64,000 nt of DNA, taken from the NCBI RefSeq assembly GCF_009914755.1, contig NC_060932.1; one strand, 5' to 3'. The position numbers and the translations under genes are program-made. Origin of the DNA: the human T2T-CHM13v2.0 reference genome, Homo sapiens. Under the pieces are notes generated by a model that saw only the letters and a list, made by a program, of their open reading frames with translations, searched no databases and was not told the DNA's origin. Below, in pieces: positions 1 to 11,843 of this stretch (positions are counted from its first letter, which is position 1; the number at the start of each line of letters is the position of its first letter).

Positions 1-184
1 CAACATTACTTTATCATCTGTTCATTTATTGAGCATCTATCATATGACAGTCCTTATAAAGGTGAACAAGCCATTCCCTATCCTAAAGAAGCTCAGACTC
101 TCATAGAGCCTATATGACTCTTCTTGTACACGCATGTCCAAGTAGTACCATTTTTTCAAGATTTATAATTACGATTTGAATAAT

Positions 185-395
185 AAGTTATCATTTGAGT
201 GCTAACTCTGTGCTAAACATTGTTCCACGTATGAACTCATTTAATTCTTACATTAATTCTATAGAGCAGGTACAATTATTACCTCCCTTTTACAGATGAG
301 GAAACAAAGAGAAACTACAAAGTCACCCAATCTTATGGTTAGTAAATGGCAAAGCTGGGACTTGAACCTATGCAGTAGCTAGGTGCTCAACCATT
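185..395 (-). mobile_element. MIR SINE fragment
   Basis: CTCATTTAATTCTTAC...TTTACAGATGAGGAAAC...GCTGGGACTTGAACC is the reverse complement of the MIR core. Confidence 0.75.
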
Positions 396-1476
396 GTCAC
401 AGTTTACTGCTGTCATCACTAACCCTCGATTACCTAGCTGCTTCATCCTGGCCCGCCTCATCCCTGAAACTTTCAGAATTGTGCTTTCTGCCTTTGACAG
501 TTGCCTTTGGGAGACTCAGCCACTAAGAGCAGCTTACTCCAATAGGGCAGCAACCTGCAGCTCCCCTCAGATGTAGTGCTTTATTGTTACACACTGTGGT
601 GGCCCTTGGAGAGCCTCTGGCTCCAGTATCACCAACTGTCTTTAGCCCCAACACTGGTACCTGCAGGCATGAAGAGAACCATCCCCATACCTCTCAGGCA
701 ACAGGAATTCATTCCAGGCTCCTTACCTCACTTCCTCATTGTTGCCCTACTACCAAACCATCTGTCCACACTGCCCTTTACCCTGCTCCACTGGGTAGGT
801 GGGAAAGCCTGACGGCTAAGCAGACATCCAACTAGGAAATAAATGCAGTCCACTCTTCTTAACATCCCCAAACTTTATAAGAATCTCTCAGCATCTCTTT
901 GCAGAAGAAAAATATTCAGGCACTTCCTCTCACCCTCACCAAATGTCAAATTCATCTCAGTCCTCTAAAATCATCTGGAGGGAGTAGGGGTATGAGTGAT
1001 GTTACCATCACTGTAGGTTCCACTAAACAATGGCCTCTCAGCAAGCCCTGGTGCCTTCAATATCGGGTGGTTACCCAAGTCTACAGGGTAGGGTCCTTAG
1101 CAAACTTCTTCTTTCTGTGAGCTTTAATGGTCAATCACAGGGAAAAAAACTCATTTAACACCCAGTATCATGCTGTTACAATTTATTTCTTATCTAACAC
1201 TTGTATATTCTTTAAGACATTATAAACTCTTCTGAGGAAACCACCATGTACTAAAAATTGGGCACACTATGTAACATATAACTCTCATTCATAATAACTA
1301 TGAGGAATGTAGCATTGTCTCCATTTTACAGAGTCGGTATTGGGGGAAGTCTGACTCCCTAAATCATGTTAATTTTAGAAAACAAAATTCCTTGAAGATT
1401 TGTGTTTACATTTTGATCCTCCTCTGCACTAGCAAAGTTACACGGGAGCATACAGCTGTTAAGAAGTAATGATCAT

Positions 1477-1845
1477 GAGCTGGGCATGGTGGCTCACGCC
1501 TGTAATCCCAGCACTTTGGGAGGCTGAGGCAGGCAGATTGCTTGAGCCCAGGAGTTCAAGACCAGCCTGGGCAACATCATGCAATCTGTCTCTATAAAAA
1601 ATAAAAAAAAAAATTAGCCAGGAGTGGTGGCATGTGCCTGTAGTCCTAGCTACTCAGGAGGCTGAGGTGGGAGGATAGATTGAGCCCTGCAGGTTGAGAC
1701 TACAGTGAGCCATGAAGCTGTGATTGCACCACTACACCACTGCACTCCAGCCTGGGTGACAGCAAGATCCTGTCTCCCGCTCCGTGCCACTGCCCCCCCC
1801 CCCCAAAAAAAAAGAATGAAAGAAAAGAGAAAAAGAAAGAAAGAG
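1477..1845 (+). mobile_element. AluJ-type SINE with a C12 run before an A/GA-rich tail
   Basis: GCTGGGCATGGTGGCTCACGCCTGTAATCCCAGC; TTGAGCCCAGGAG and GGGAGGAT are J-like positions. Confidence 0.92.
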
Positions 1846-1849
1846 TGAT

Positions 1850-2486
<637 letters not shown>

Positions 2487-2724
2487 TTTTATTATTTTAC
2501 TTTCTGATGTGTTTTATATAAGGAGCTTAAAACACTTTGAGCTCTCCTTTGACCATGTAACATTTTGCTTTTCCTGTTTACAAAATCTGAAGTCTTTTTT
2601 TCTCTTCAAGATGTATAAAATGTGCATACTGAAATCTAACAAAGCGATTCTTCAGCTAAAAAGAAATGTGTAATCAAGGAAGGAACACACACACACACAC
2701 AAGGAGCCCAGGAGGTCTGAACTG

Positions 2725-2825
2725 CAGATTATTTTTGTTGTGCATAATTATGAATGTATATACATATATATGTGCATGTGTATATATACATATATACATC
2801 CATAATTATGCACAAGAATAATCTG
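2725..2825. repeat. Imperfect ~100 bp palindrome with a TA-rich core
   Basis: CAGATTATTTTTGTTGTGCATAATTATGAATGTATA pairs with TATACATCCATAATTATGCACAAGAATAATCTG. Confidence 0.85.
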
Positions 2826-3269
2826 AATACAGTTTCCTCTCACACATAGTGTAATATTGGTAATAAAGCCGACTAGGTAACTATGAGATCTGGCCCTTTT
2901 GATGCCCAATCTCCTCTTTCAAACTGCTTCCCCATACTCTGCTCTCTGCTCACATGTCAAGCATCTCTCATTATCTAAGACCTTCACCCACAGTAACAGG
3001 AGTATTAGTTTTTCACAGTCATTTTGCCATGTGACACTGATAACAAAGAATTTTCCATGCTAACAATTCTCTCTGCTAACACAAGTATAAACAGATATAT
3101 TTTGCTCTTTATGTATTAAGGAGGTGATCTGAAAATATCAGCAGTCACATGCATTCTCATTACAGTATTTTCTGTTAGTGATGATATCTTAGATCTTTCC
3201 TGGTAGGTGTATGGCAGATGAGTGTCCGGGTTAAGGGAGGGGGAAAACTCTGTCAAGGCAGTAGCTGCC

Positions 3270-3375
3270 AGCGAGAAGTGGAGAGGAGAGAGGAAAAGGA
3301 GGGGGACAGATGAGAGTACAAAGGATGAAGGGGAGGAAGAGAGAGGGAGCAAAGAAGAGAAAGACAAAGAAAATT
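3270..3375 (+). repeat. GA-rich low-complexity tract
   Basis: Mostly purines, e.g. GGAGAGGAGAGAGGAAAAGGAGGGGG...GAAGAGAGAGGGAG. Confidence 0.6.
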
Positions 3376-4189
3376 AGAAGTTCTAGATCATGAGAAACTC
3401 GAGTACATGAACATTCCTGCTAATGCTTTTCCCCTGTTCCAAGGCCCTAACAGGCCTCACATCCTTAAATATAATTTGTGATATTTCTCCTGGGCCCACT
3501 GCAAGGATTTTCAACTAGACTGTGGACATTTAAGCACTCGTAATTCTTATTATTGGATTAAGTTATTCATTATGGAACATTTATCATTTATGAATGATAA
3601 ACTCAGAGGTGCTAATTTAAACTATAACATGTTCAGAAAAACTTTAAATATCAAAATGTACTCCAACGCTAAAACCCCTTAGATGGCACATGTCTCATAG
3701 GGGTCCTGAAGTCAGTAGATACATTTTTCTAGGATCACTGCAATTTTGGTGAATGCACTCCTAAACAAGATATGTAGAGTGTTTTCTGTGGTTTTCATAG
3801 ACTGCATGTTAACAAGAACAAAAATGCTGACAGCTTAAAATCATTTCCTATAGACTCACATAGTCTTAGATGAAACGTAAATATCAGAAGAAAATAACAA
3901 AAATAAAAATCAAGAAAATGTTTTGTCCAAATAACTCCTCATAATATTATAGGAAAAGTATTTCCTCTGAGAGTTTTTGGCAAGAGAGGGTATCACCACT
4001 TTATCTGGTTTCCCTAATAAAATTGTAGGAATAATTTCCCTACCATAAAATTCAAATTTCTTTAAAAATATGTTGTTTCAACAAAGTTGAAGGCAAAAAT
4101 ACTAATACATTTTTAGAAATCCATTCATATTTAGCATGGAAGATGATCTCAGAATCTTTTTCTTAGCTCTTTTCTCATGCTGTTGTTGT

Positions 4190-5010
4190 TTCCATATGGC
4201 TTCATTGAAACAGAATCCACAAGCTACACAACTCACCTATTTAAAGTGTATAATTCAAGGGTTTTTAGTATAATCAGAGTTGTGCAGCCATCACCACAAT
4301 CAATTTTTGTCACCCCCAAAATAAGCCCTATACCCATTAGCAGTTACTTTCCATTCCTTCCCCACTGTAGCCCATAAGCCTTTGGCAAGCACTAATCTAC
4401 TTTGTCTCTATAGATGTGCTTTTTTTTTTTTTTTTTCTTAAAGACAGGGTCTCACTTTGATGCCCAGGCTGGAGTGCAGTGGTGCAATCATGGCTCACTT
4501 CAGCCTCGACCTCCTGGGCTCAGGTGATCCTCCGACCTCAGTCATGTGCCACCATACCTGGCTAATATTTGTTATTTTTGTGGTAGAAGTGGGGTTTTGC
4601 CATGCTGCCCAGGCTGGTCTCTAATGATCTGCCCTCCTCAGCCTCCCCAAGTGCTAGGATTATAGGCATGAGCCACCATGCCCAGCGAGATCTGCCTTTT
4701 CATATAAATGGAATCCTACCATCTGTAGCCTATTATGACTGGCTTCTTTCACTTAGCATAATGTTTTCAAGGTTTATCCATGTTGTAGCATCATTTATTG
4801 CTATACAATATTCCACTGTATGGATAAGCCACATTTTATTTATTCATTGGTCAGTTGATGGCTGTTTGGTTTGTTTATACTTTTTGGTTACTATAAACAT
4901 GTGTGTACAGGTTTTTATTACTCTTGGATATATACCTAGGTGAGGAATTACTGGGTTATATGGTAACTGTTAACCTTTTGAAAAACTGCCAGACTCTTAC
5001 AAAGCAGCTT
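4190..5010 (-). mobile_element. Old L1M 3'-end fragment, interrupted by an Alu
   Basis: CTGGCTTCTTTCACTTAGCATAATGTTTTCAAGGTTTATCCATGTTGTAGCAT and ATATACCTAGG...GGAATTACTGGG are typical of L1M 3' UTR antisense. Confidence 0.8.
4419..4686 (-). mobile_element. AluJ-type SINE with internal deletions
   Basis: Poly-T, then AGACAGGGTCTCAC...GAGCCACCATGCCCAGC. Confidence 0.9.
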
Positions 5011-5904
5011 TCCGTGCTGGCTGCAATCTCAGTTATTTCTCCTCACACCTGATTCCAGCTGGGTTCCTGAGGCACCACTAATGAACTTCCTATTATATCA
5101 ACCTACGTAGGGGTATGCTTTATGCTTATATTGCCTTGTGCCTCCACTAAGATATCTTCATCCTTCTCTTTTTCCTCTAAGTAGGTGTATATTTGTAGAT
5201 AAAGGAAAAACACTGAATGCTTATTTACTACTTAGTAAAAGACTTCAGAAGAATAGTTTTTTGAGAGTTCTTCATTTCATAAATTTCAGTGACTGTATTA
5301 ATTTTGTAGGCCAAACTACATGTTCTTTGTGAAAAACATAGATGGCAGATATGAGAACAATATTTATCCTAATGTCAAGAATATGTTTAATCTTCTTCAA
5401 TATTCACCTGATATCATTTTTTCCTGCACTATGAGATAGATTCATATTGGATATTTTGGCAAGCATTAAAAGTGAATCTCAAACACTTAAAAAAAAGTCA
5501 GTTGCAGAAGTGGAAAAAATTTAAATGGCTTAAAAATGTAATATGTTACAGATTTTTTTTTTCTCCTGTTTGGAGTAAAAAAATTGTAGACTGGGTGCAT
5601 GGAAAATACTGAAGTCAGAAAATAGAGCTTCAGGATTGAAAGTACATTTACTTTTATCTTCCCTCCCTGGTACCACAGAAACTTCTTCCAAATTTATTTT
5701 CATTAATATACATTTTTGAGGAGTTGCTAAACTATTTTAAAGTGAAAAAAAATTCCCCCATTTAAAAAGCACTTGTAACTTATCTATTAAACCCCTATGT
5801 GGATTAAAATATCAGTAATTCTCATCCATAGATTCTGATGTAAAAATCTAGAATAAAGTCTCAATGTGCACAGTATAATCATACATTAAAAGAATTTTCC
5901 ACCA

Positions 5905-6330
5905 CAGAATCAGGCCTCTTCTGAGTACAAGTAACAGAAAATCTGACCTAAACTGACTTAGGGAAAAAGAAAACTTAATGACTCCCATTATCCAAAATTC
6001 TAAGAACAGCTGGTTTTAAGAATTGCTTGGTAGGACTAGATTATATTATCAAGGTTCATTTTCTCAGTCTCTTAGTGCCATCCTTTGTTGGCTCCCTATT
6101 TTGAGAAGTTCTCACCTTACTGTAGTGACAAATGGGGTTTTGTTTATATCCCTTTATTCTTACATCCAGTGGTAAGCCTTTGTCCCAGAAATCACTGCAA
6201 ATTCTCACTGTGAATCACTGTTTCTAAATGGGTCAAGTGCCCATTTATGAACCAGTCACTGTGACCAGGGATTCTGCTTTCGCAAAGTACTGACTGGTTT
6301 AGCCTTAATAATGTTCTCTATACATGGTAC
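5905..6330. mobile_element. Old MaLR LTR (MLT1J/K-like), degenerate
   Basis: CAAGTAACAGAAAATCTGACCTAAACTGACTTA and GGGTCAAGTGCCCATTTATGAACCAGTCACTGTG resemble MLT1J/K. Confidence 0.5.
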
Positions 6331-6569
6331 CAAGGACAGAGTCAGTAACACACAAATATATTGGCTTAGAAAGAAATTATGGTATACTTCCAAAATAAGG
6401 GGAATGGGTATACTTCCAAGATAAAAGGGAAGGGATGCTGATCCCCATGATATAGGAAACATGCACTAAAATGCCATTGCAACACAAGAAAAAAAAAATT
6501 AAAAAGCAGAAATTAAATCAATAAGAAAATTTTGATAAGATTCAATACTTAATCTTTAAACAAATTTAA

Positions 6570-8360
6570 AAAGCATTATTGAGGCGTTGATGTGCAAAAT
6601 GGAATGCTTAAGGTATACTTTTTAATAAAATTTAACTTGTGTATATATACACTCACGAACTACCACAATTAAGATAATGAAGATATCTCTTTACCTAAAA
6701 TGTTTCTCTGCCCATTTATAATCTTTCAAATCCCTCCCGCTCAGGTAATCACTGATCTGTTTTCTATGTGTTTGCACTTTCTAGAACTTTGAGTTGAAGC
6801 ATACAGTATGTACTCTGGCTTCTTTCACTCAGCATAATTACTTTGCAATTCATCTATGTTGGGTATATTGATACTTTTTATTGCTGAGTAATAATCCATT
6901 GCATGGACATAGCACAATGTATTTAGCCCTTCATCTGTAGATGGATATTTGACTTGTTCTGAGGTTTGATTATTATGAATGCTGTTGCTCTGTTCAAATC
7001 TTTGAATAGACATATACTTTCATTTTTCTTAGGTAAAAGAATGGGTAAGTGGAATAGCTGGGTCACATGGAAGATCCATGTTTAACATTTTAGAAAACCA
7101 CTAAACTCTTTTCAAAGGCGATTCTACCATTTTACATTCCAAACAGCAGTGTTTGAGAGCTCCATTTGTTTCATACCTTTGCCAGCATCTGGAATGGTCA
7201 GTCTTCAATTAAAGGATTTCAATAGCTATGTAGTGATACCGCATTGTGCTTTCAATCTGCTCATTCCTAGTGACCAATAACGTTGAGTGCCTTTTCACAT
7301 GCTTACTTGCCATTCATCTTGTATGATGTATCTGTTCAAAATTTTGGCCCAATAAAAAATTTACATATTTGATTATTTTATTATTGAGTTCTGAGGGTTC
7401 TTTATACATTCTGGACACTAGTGCTTTATTAAATAGTGATTTGTAAATGTTTTCTCCAAATCTGTGGCTTTTCATTGTCACAACACTGCCTAAGAACGTA
7501 ATTTCTTAATTTTGATGAAGTATGATTTGTCACTTTTCTTGTTTGGTGTCATATGCAAGAAATCTTTGCCTAACCCAGCCTTACAAAATTTTTCCTTTAT
7601 GTTATCTGCTAGAAGTTGCACAGTTTCAGGTTTTACATTTAGGTCCATGATCCATTTTAAGTAAATTCTGATATAAGGCTGTGTTAGTTTCCTATGGCCG
7701 CTGTAATGAATTTACCACAAATTCGGTGGTAATGCATTCTGTCACAGATCTGAGGCCAGAAGACCAAAATCAAGGTGTCAGCAGGGCCATTCCCCCTCCA
7801 GAGGCTCTGAGGGAGAATCTATTCCTTGCTTCTTCCAGCTTCTGGTGGCTGCCAGCATGCTCTAGCACTCCTCGGCTTGTGGCCTTTTAAACACCATCTT
7901 CACATAAGCTTCTCCTCTTTGTGTTTGTAATTGCACTCTGCCTCTCTCTTGTAAGGGACACTGCAATTAGATTTAGGGTCCACCCCAGATAATCCAGGAT
8001 AATTTTTCCATGTAAAGATCCTCATTGTAATCACTTCTGCAAAGACTCTTTATCTTCATAAGGTTATATTTTCATGTTCCAGGGATTGGAACCTGATATC
8101 TTCAGGTGGCCACTATTTAGGCTACTACAAAGGCAAAAATGAATACCCAATTGTTTTTGCGCCACTTGTTAAAAATATATCTTTTCTCCATCAAATTATC
8201 TCTGCATTTTGAATTGCCTCTTCATTGAAATATCTCTGACTAAAATCAACTGACCATATGTGTCTGAGTCTCCATCTGGACTCTTTATTCTGATCTATGG
8301 ATCTATTTGTTGAAATTGGTGCCAATACCACATTTTCTTGATTACTGTAGCTTTACTGAC
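6570..8360 (-). mobile_element. L1M 3' region (antisense), interrupted by an MLT1 LTR
   Basis: CCATTTTACATTCCAAACAGCAGTGT, AAGAAATCTTTGCCTAACCCA and TCTTGATTACTGTAGCTTTA are L1 ORF2-end/3' UTR motifs. Confidence 0.8.
7680..8129 (-). mobile_element. MLT1 (B/C-like) solo LTR
   Basis: TG...CA termini (TGTGTTAGTTTCCTATGG...CTACTACA); 5-bp TSD AAGGC at 7675-7679 and 8130-8134. Confidence 0.88.
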
Positions 8361-9482
8361 CATCTTTATTTTCTTTTCTGTGAATTAACTGTTCATATCT
8401 TTTGTCTGCTTTCCTTTTGTATAACTTGTTTGCTTTTTTATTAAATGATAGTTCTTATGTTCTAGATTTTAACATTCATACATTACGCATAAGTCACATA
8501 TCTTTCCTCAGTCTGTTGCTTTATCTTATACCAAAAGTAGGTCATAAAGAAATTTTACATTTTGTAATGATCAAATTCATCAATCCTTTCGCTTATATTT
8601 TTGCCTTCTGGATCTTAAGAAGCCTTCTCAACCTTGAGAATATAGATATTTTCTTCTTGTAAGTATAGGACGATTAAATGTGTGTCTATTTTGTTTACTA
8701 ATGCAATGATGCTACTCTTTTTACTGCTTCATGATGTATCTTGATATCTAGTTGGGTACCTTTTACCTTGGCTCTTTTTGTGCATTTATTCTTTCTTACC
8801 AATTCTAGAAGGCCTTACTTCTCTTTGCTTTATTACTTCTATACTTCCATCATTGGGCTTTTGTTTTTTACCACTCAACTATTATTACTTGTTCAGTAAG
8901 ACACACTTACTACTAAGAAGTAATTAGAATATTCTTCCAGTAATAATCAGTGATAAGTATCAGTTTTGCCTTCTTATATGACTTGCCACACATAAACTTA
9001 CCATCTGTTCTTTTCTATAGTTAATAACACAAAATATTAGAAATTCCTGTGTAATGATGGTTTAACTTGTTCTGTACAGTCATTTCCCTTTTATGTAGAA
9101 ATTTGATGAGTATACTTTATTTAAGAGTATTTTTTTTAACATTGTTAACCATTCCTAATTTCTTGACACTCTGATTCTTTTTTCTAACTCTTCCCATTGG
9201 CAACTCCTCTACCTGACTCTTGTGGGTAGTCCCCAAGGTTCTAGCCCTGGTCAGACTTCCTTAGCAGGAAAGCAACCACTCTATGCCACCCTCTCCTCTT
9301 TTTTTCCCTAAAAAGAAATTTTATCTGAAAATCATTAAAATGTAGATTGTCTCTTTATCCTTAGTAATATATTATCCTTAATACTGAAAAAATCATGCTA
9401 AGGTACATAGTTGATGCTTAAATGTGTTAAAAGAGTGAATATTGTTAATGACTCTTAATATGCAAAACACATAAAATACTAC

Positions 9483-9488
9483 TTTATT
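9483..9488 (-). terminator. Candidate distal polyadenylation signal AATAAA
   Basis: TTTATT on +; followed on the minus strand by TTTTATGTGTTTTG and U-rich sequence. Confidence 0.6.
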
Positions 9489-10609
9489 ACTATCATAAAT
9501 ATTTTATAAATTCCTATTTAAAACATGATAAAAATCAACAAAAATACAAGGTACTATATTCTTAGCACTTGTAGTATATATCTCAATGTTCTAAGTATAT
9601 GTACCTTAGAACATTGTTTAAATGTTTATGGAATCCCTGAAGCATTTCAGGAAAATAGCTTGAAATCACGGCTCTAGACCTATTCATCTTTTAACGTAGG
9701 TCAACATGCGACAATATTTAGGATTAATTATCCTGAGAGCTTTCAATTCAACATTAATCATGCAAAAAAATCACATGCACAAAGAATATTGATTACTAAA
9801 ATTGGCAATATATACATAGTCATGGTTAATTAAGCACCACATTTTTATTATACATTTTTCTTATGTTCCCTAAGAGGATATTATCTTTGGGGAAAATTTT
9901 AGAGAAAATTTAGATCTACTTTCCCATCATAAAGATTTTTAATAATTCACTATTTAAATGGTCTTTTGTTTCATGAAGTTTTACAACAATACTAAAAAGT
10001 TCTGGAAATATCACTGTTTTGGTTTTTGGTTACTATACAGTTTTCCATCTCTATGATCTCGTGATGTTTGGTATCTAGTCTCTCTTTCCTAATACGAATA
10101 GAGTACTATTAGGACTCCAATTGTCAATACCAGTCCTCAGGACCTTTCCTAACTTTCTACCTAGCACCTCAATACTCTCTAGGAAACTGCAATCTGACAA
10201 AGGGTTTAGAACATGTATGCAATCCTCATCTTTTTTCCTCCTCTCTGTCATTCATTCGTTCATTAAAATTTAGTTGAGTCAAATACTTGCCCAGACAGGC
10301 AAAAGATATGTTAGGAACAAAGCTTTTCTATCTTATATTTCTTATCTTAATCTTCTGCCTCTTAAATGAAGGTCTTAACTTCCTTATTAAAATATAAAAT
10401 CCAACTTGAGGTTTATATAAGATACATATCTTGAAATGGTATAAAAAGTAATAAAAATTTCCAGGTACATACATACTAAAACAAACCTGGAAAGGTAAGT
10501 TTGAAAAAACAAAATTTGTGGCAAGAAACTATAACATATAAACAGGATTATTTTGTTGAAGTTGTTAGAAAAATAAAGAGAGCCACAAGGATAAATTATA
10601 ATTTGTCCT

Positions 10610-10955
10610 TGTGTGGTAAGATTGTTCCATCAATGGCCCCCAATGAGTCATACCATCCGCTGTCAGCTTGTGTAGTCCCCTCATTCTGACTCTAGACTTG
10701 GCCATGTGATTTGCTTTGTCCAATGGAACATTAGTAAATATGATAGATGTACAGGATCGATAAGCTCTTGCATATTGGAGCTTGCTCTCTTAAGATGTTT
10801 TCTCTACTATGGAAAGAAGATTCGTCTAGTCTACTGGAGGCTGAGAGGCCCTGTACAGCAGAGACAGCCAACTCACTGAATCGTGAAAAATAATAAAAGT
10901 CCTTGTTTTAAACCACTGAGTTTTGGTGTGGTTTGTTATGCAGTGATGGATAATG
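10610..10955 (+). mobile_element. MLT1 (F/G/H-like) LTR inside the long 3' UTR
   Basis: GGCCATGTGATTTGCTTTGTCCAATGG and TTTAAACCACTGAGTTTTGGTGTGGTTTGTTATGCAG. Confidence 0.75.
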
Positions 10956-11231
10956 TGAAATCTTATCTCTCTTTGTCTATGTCTGTGGCAGAGCAACTGG
11001 CTAAAAGTTACATAAAGCTATACTTAATTTGAAAATAATAATAAAGGTCTCTCAGTAAACTTAAAAAATATTAGACCTGCTGTTCTCTAGCATTTCCTCC
11101 TCCATGTAGACTCAGTTATTCAATCCACTTAAATACATATGTACAATACTCAACATTTAACTATTATCCTGTACATCTTATAGGTACAGCCTGTAGCAAC
11201 TAATCAACGAACAGAGTACACAATAAATATT

Positions 11232-11237
11232 TTTATT
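11232..11237 (-). terminator. Proximal polyadenylation signal AATAAA
   Basis: TTTATT on +; on the minus strand TGTA lies ~15 nt upstream and GU-rich TTGTGTACTCTGTTCGTTG downstream. Confidence 0.75.
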
Positions 11238-11550
11238 TTTAAACACTGAATTGTACATCTTTCATATAAAACATGAGATTCTAGCCTGTTTTAAAAAATA
11301 AGTATACTTGCTAGTACTATCTTCACTCTTTTTTTTTTTCAGAAGCCAATGTTCTCTAAATCTGCAGCTTCATTCCACAGCTTTACAGAATCATAATCTC
11401 TTGAATATATTTCCAATGTTATTAAAAAATAAAAAATCATACAAGATATATTTAGCACATTAAAACTTAAGAGGTTACAGTATAACTGTCCAGACCTCCA
11501 GGTACCACTGAATACTTTTCCAGTACAAAGAGGCCAATATGTTAGAATAA

Positions 11551-11843
11551 TTAATTCTCTGTATTTACTTTTATTAAAAAGAGGTTTTTGGTAGTAAGAA
11601 CAAATAATCTCTCATTTGTTGCCTGAAATCCTAAAATAGGATCATTGGTTTCTAGGCTTGCTACTTGCTGCTTAGCAACCTGTCCTACTTGCCTGCCTTC
11701 CTTTCTGTTGTAAAGTACAGTGGACATGGGAGCAGGCTGACGATAGATGAATACTCGACGAAGGCACTCACAAAGGGCTGCATACGAGTAATTTGGAGCA
11801 CAGGCAAAAAATTTTTTGTCTCTCTTTGATGCTTGGACATAGC
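11551..11843 (-). CDS. NUDCD1: NUDCD1 last coding exon, CDS part 293 nt, [26 protein letters not shown]...[10 protein letters not shown]
   Basis: Acceptor TTCTTGGCAG|GC; TAA stop at 11553-11551; C-terminal part of ORF 11551..12009; the seven exons total 1293 nt, a multiple of 3. Confidence 0.96.

Larger units (their letters stand above)
9460..11550 (-). other. NUDCD1: NUDCD1 3' UTR (long form ~2.1 kb; short form ~0.33 kb)
   Basis: Sequence downstream of the stop codon up to two AATAAA signals; ends are inferred from signal positions. Confidence 0.65.

Noticed and set aside
394-1120. Cluster of short + strand ORFs in slightly GC-richer DNA
   Set aside because: Overlapping short frames, mostly non-ATG starts, no recognisable homology or splice structure.
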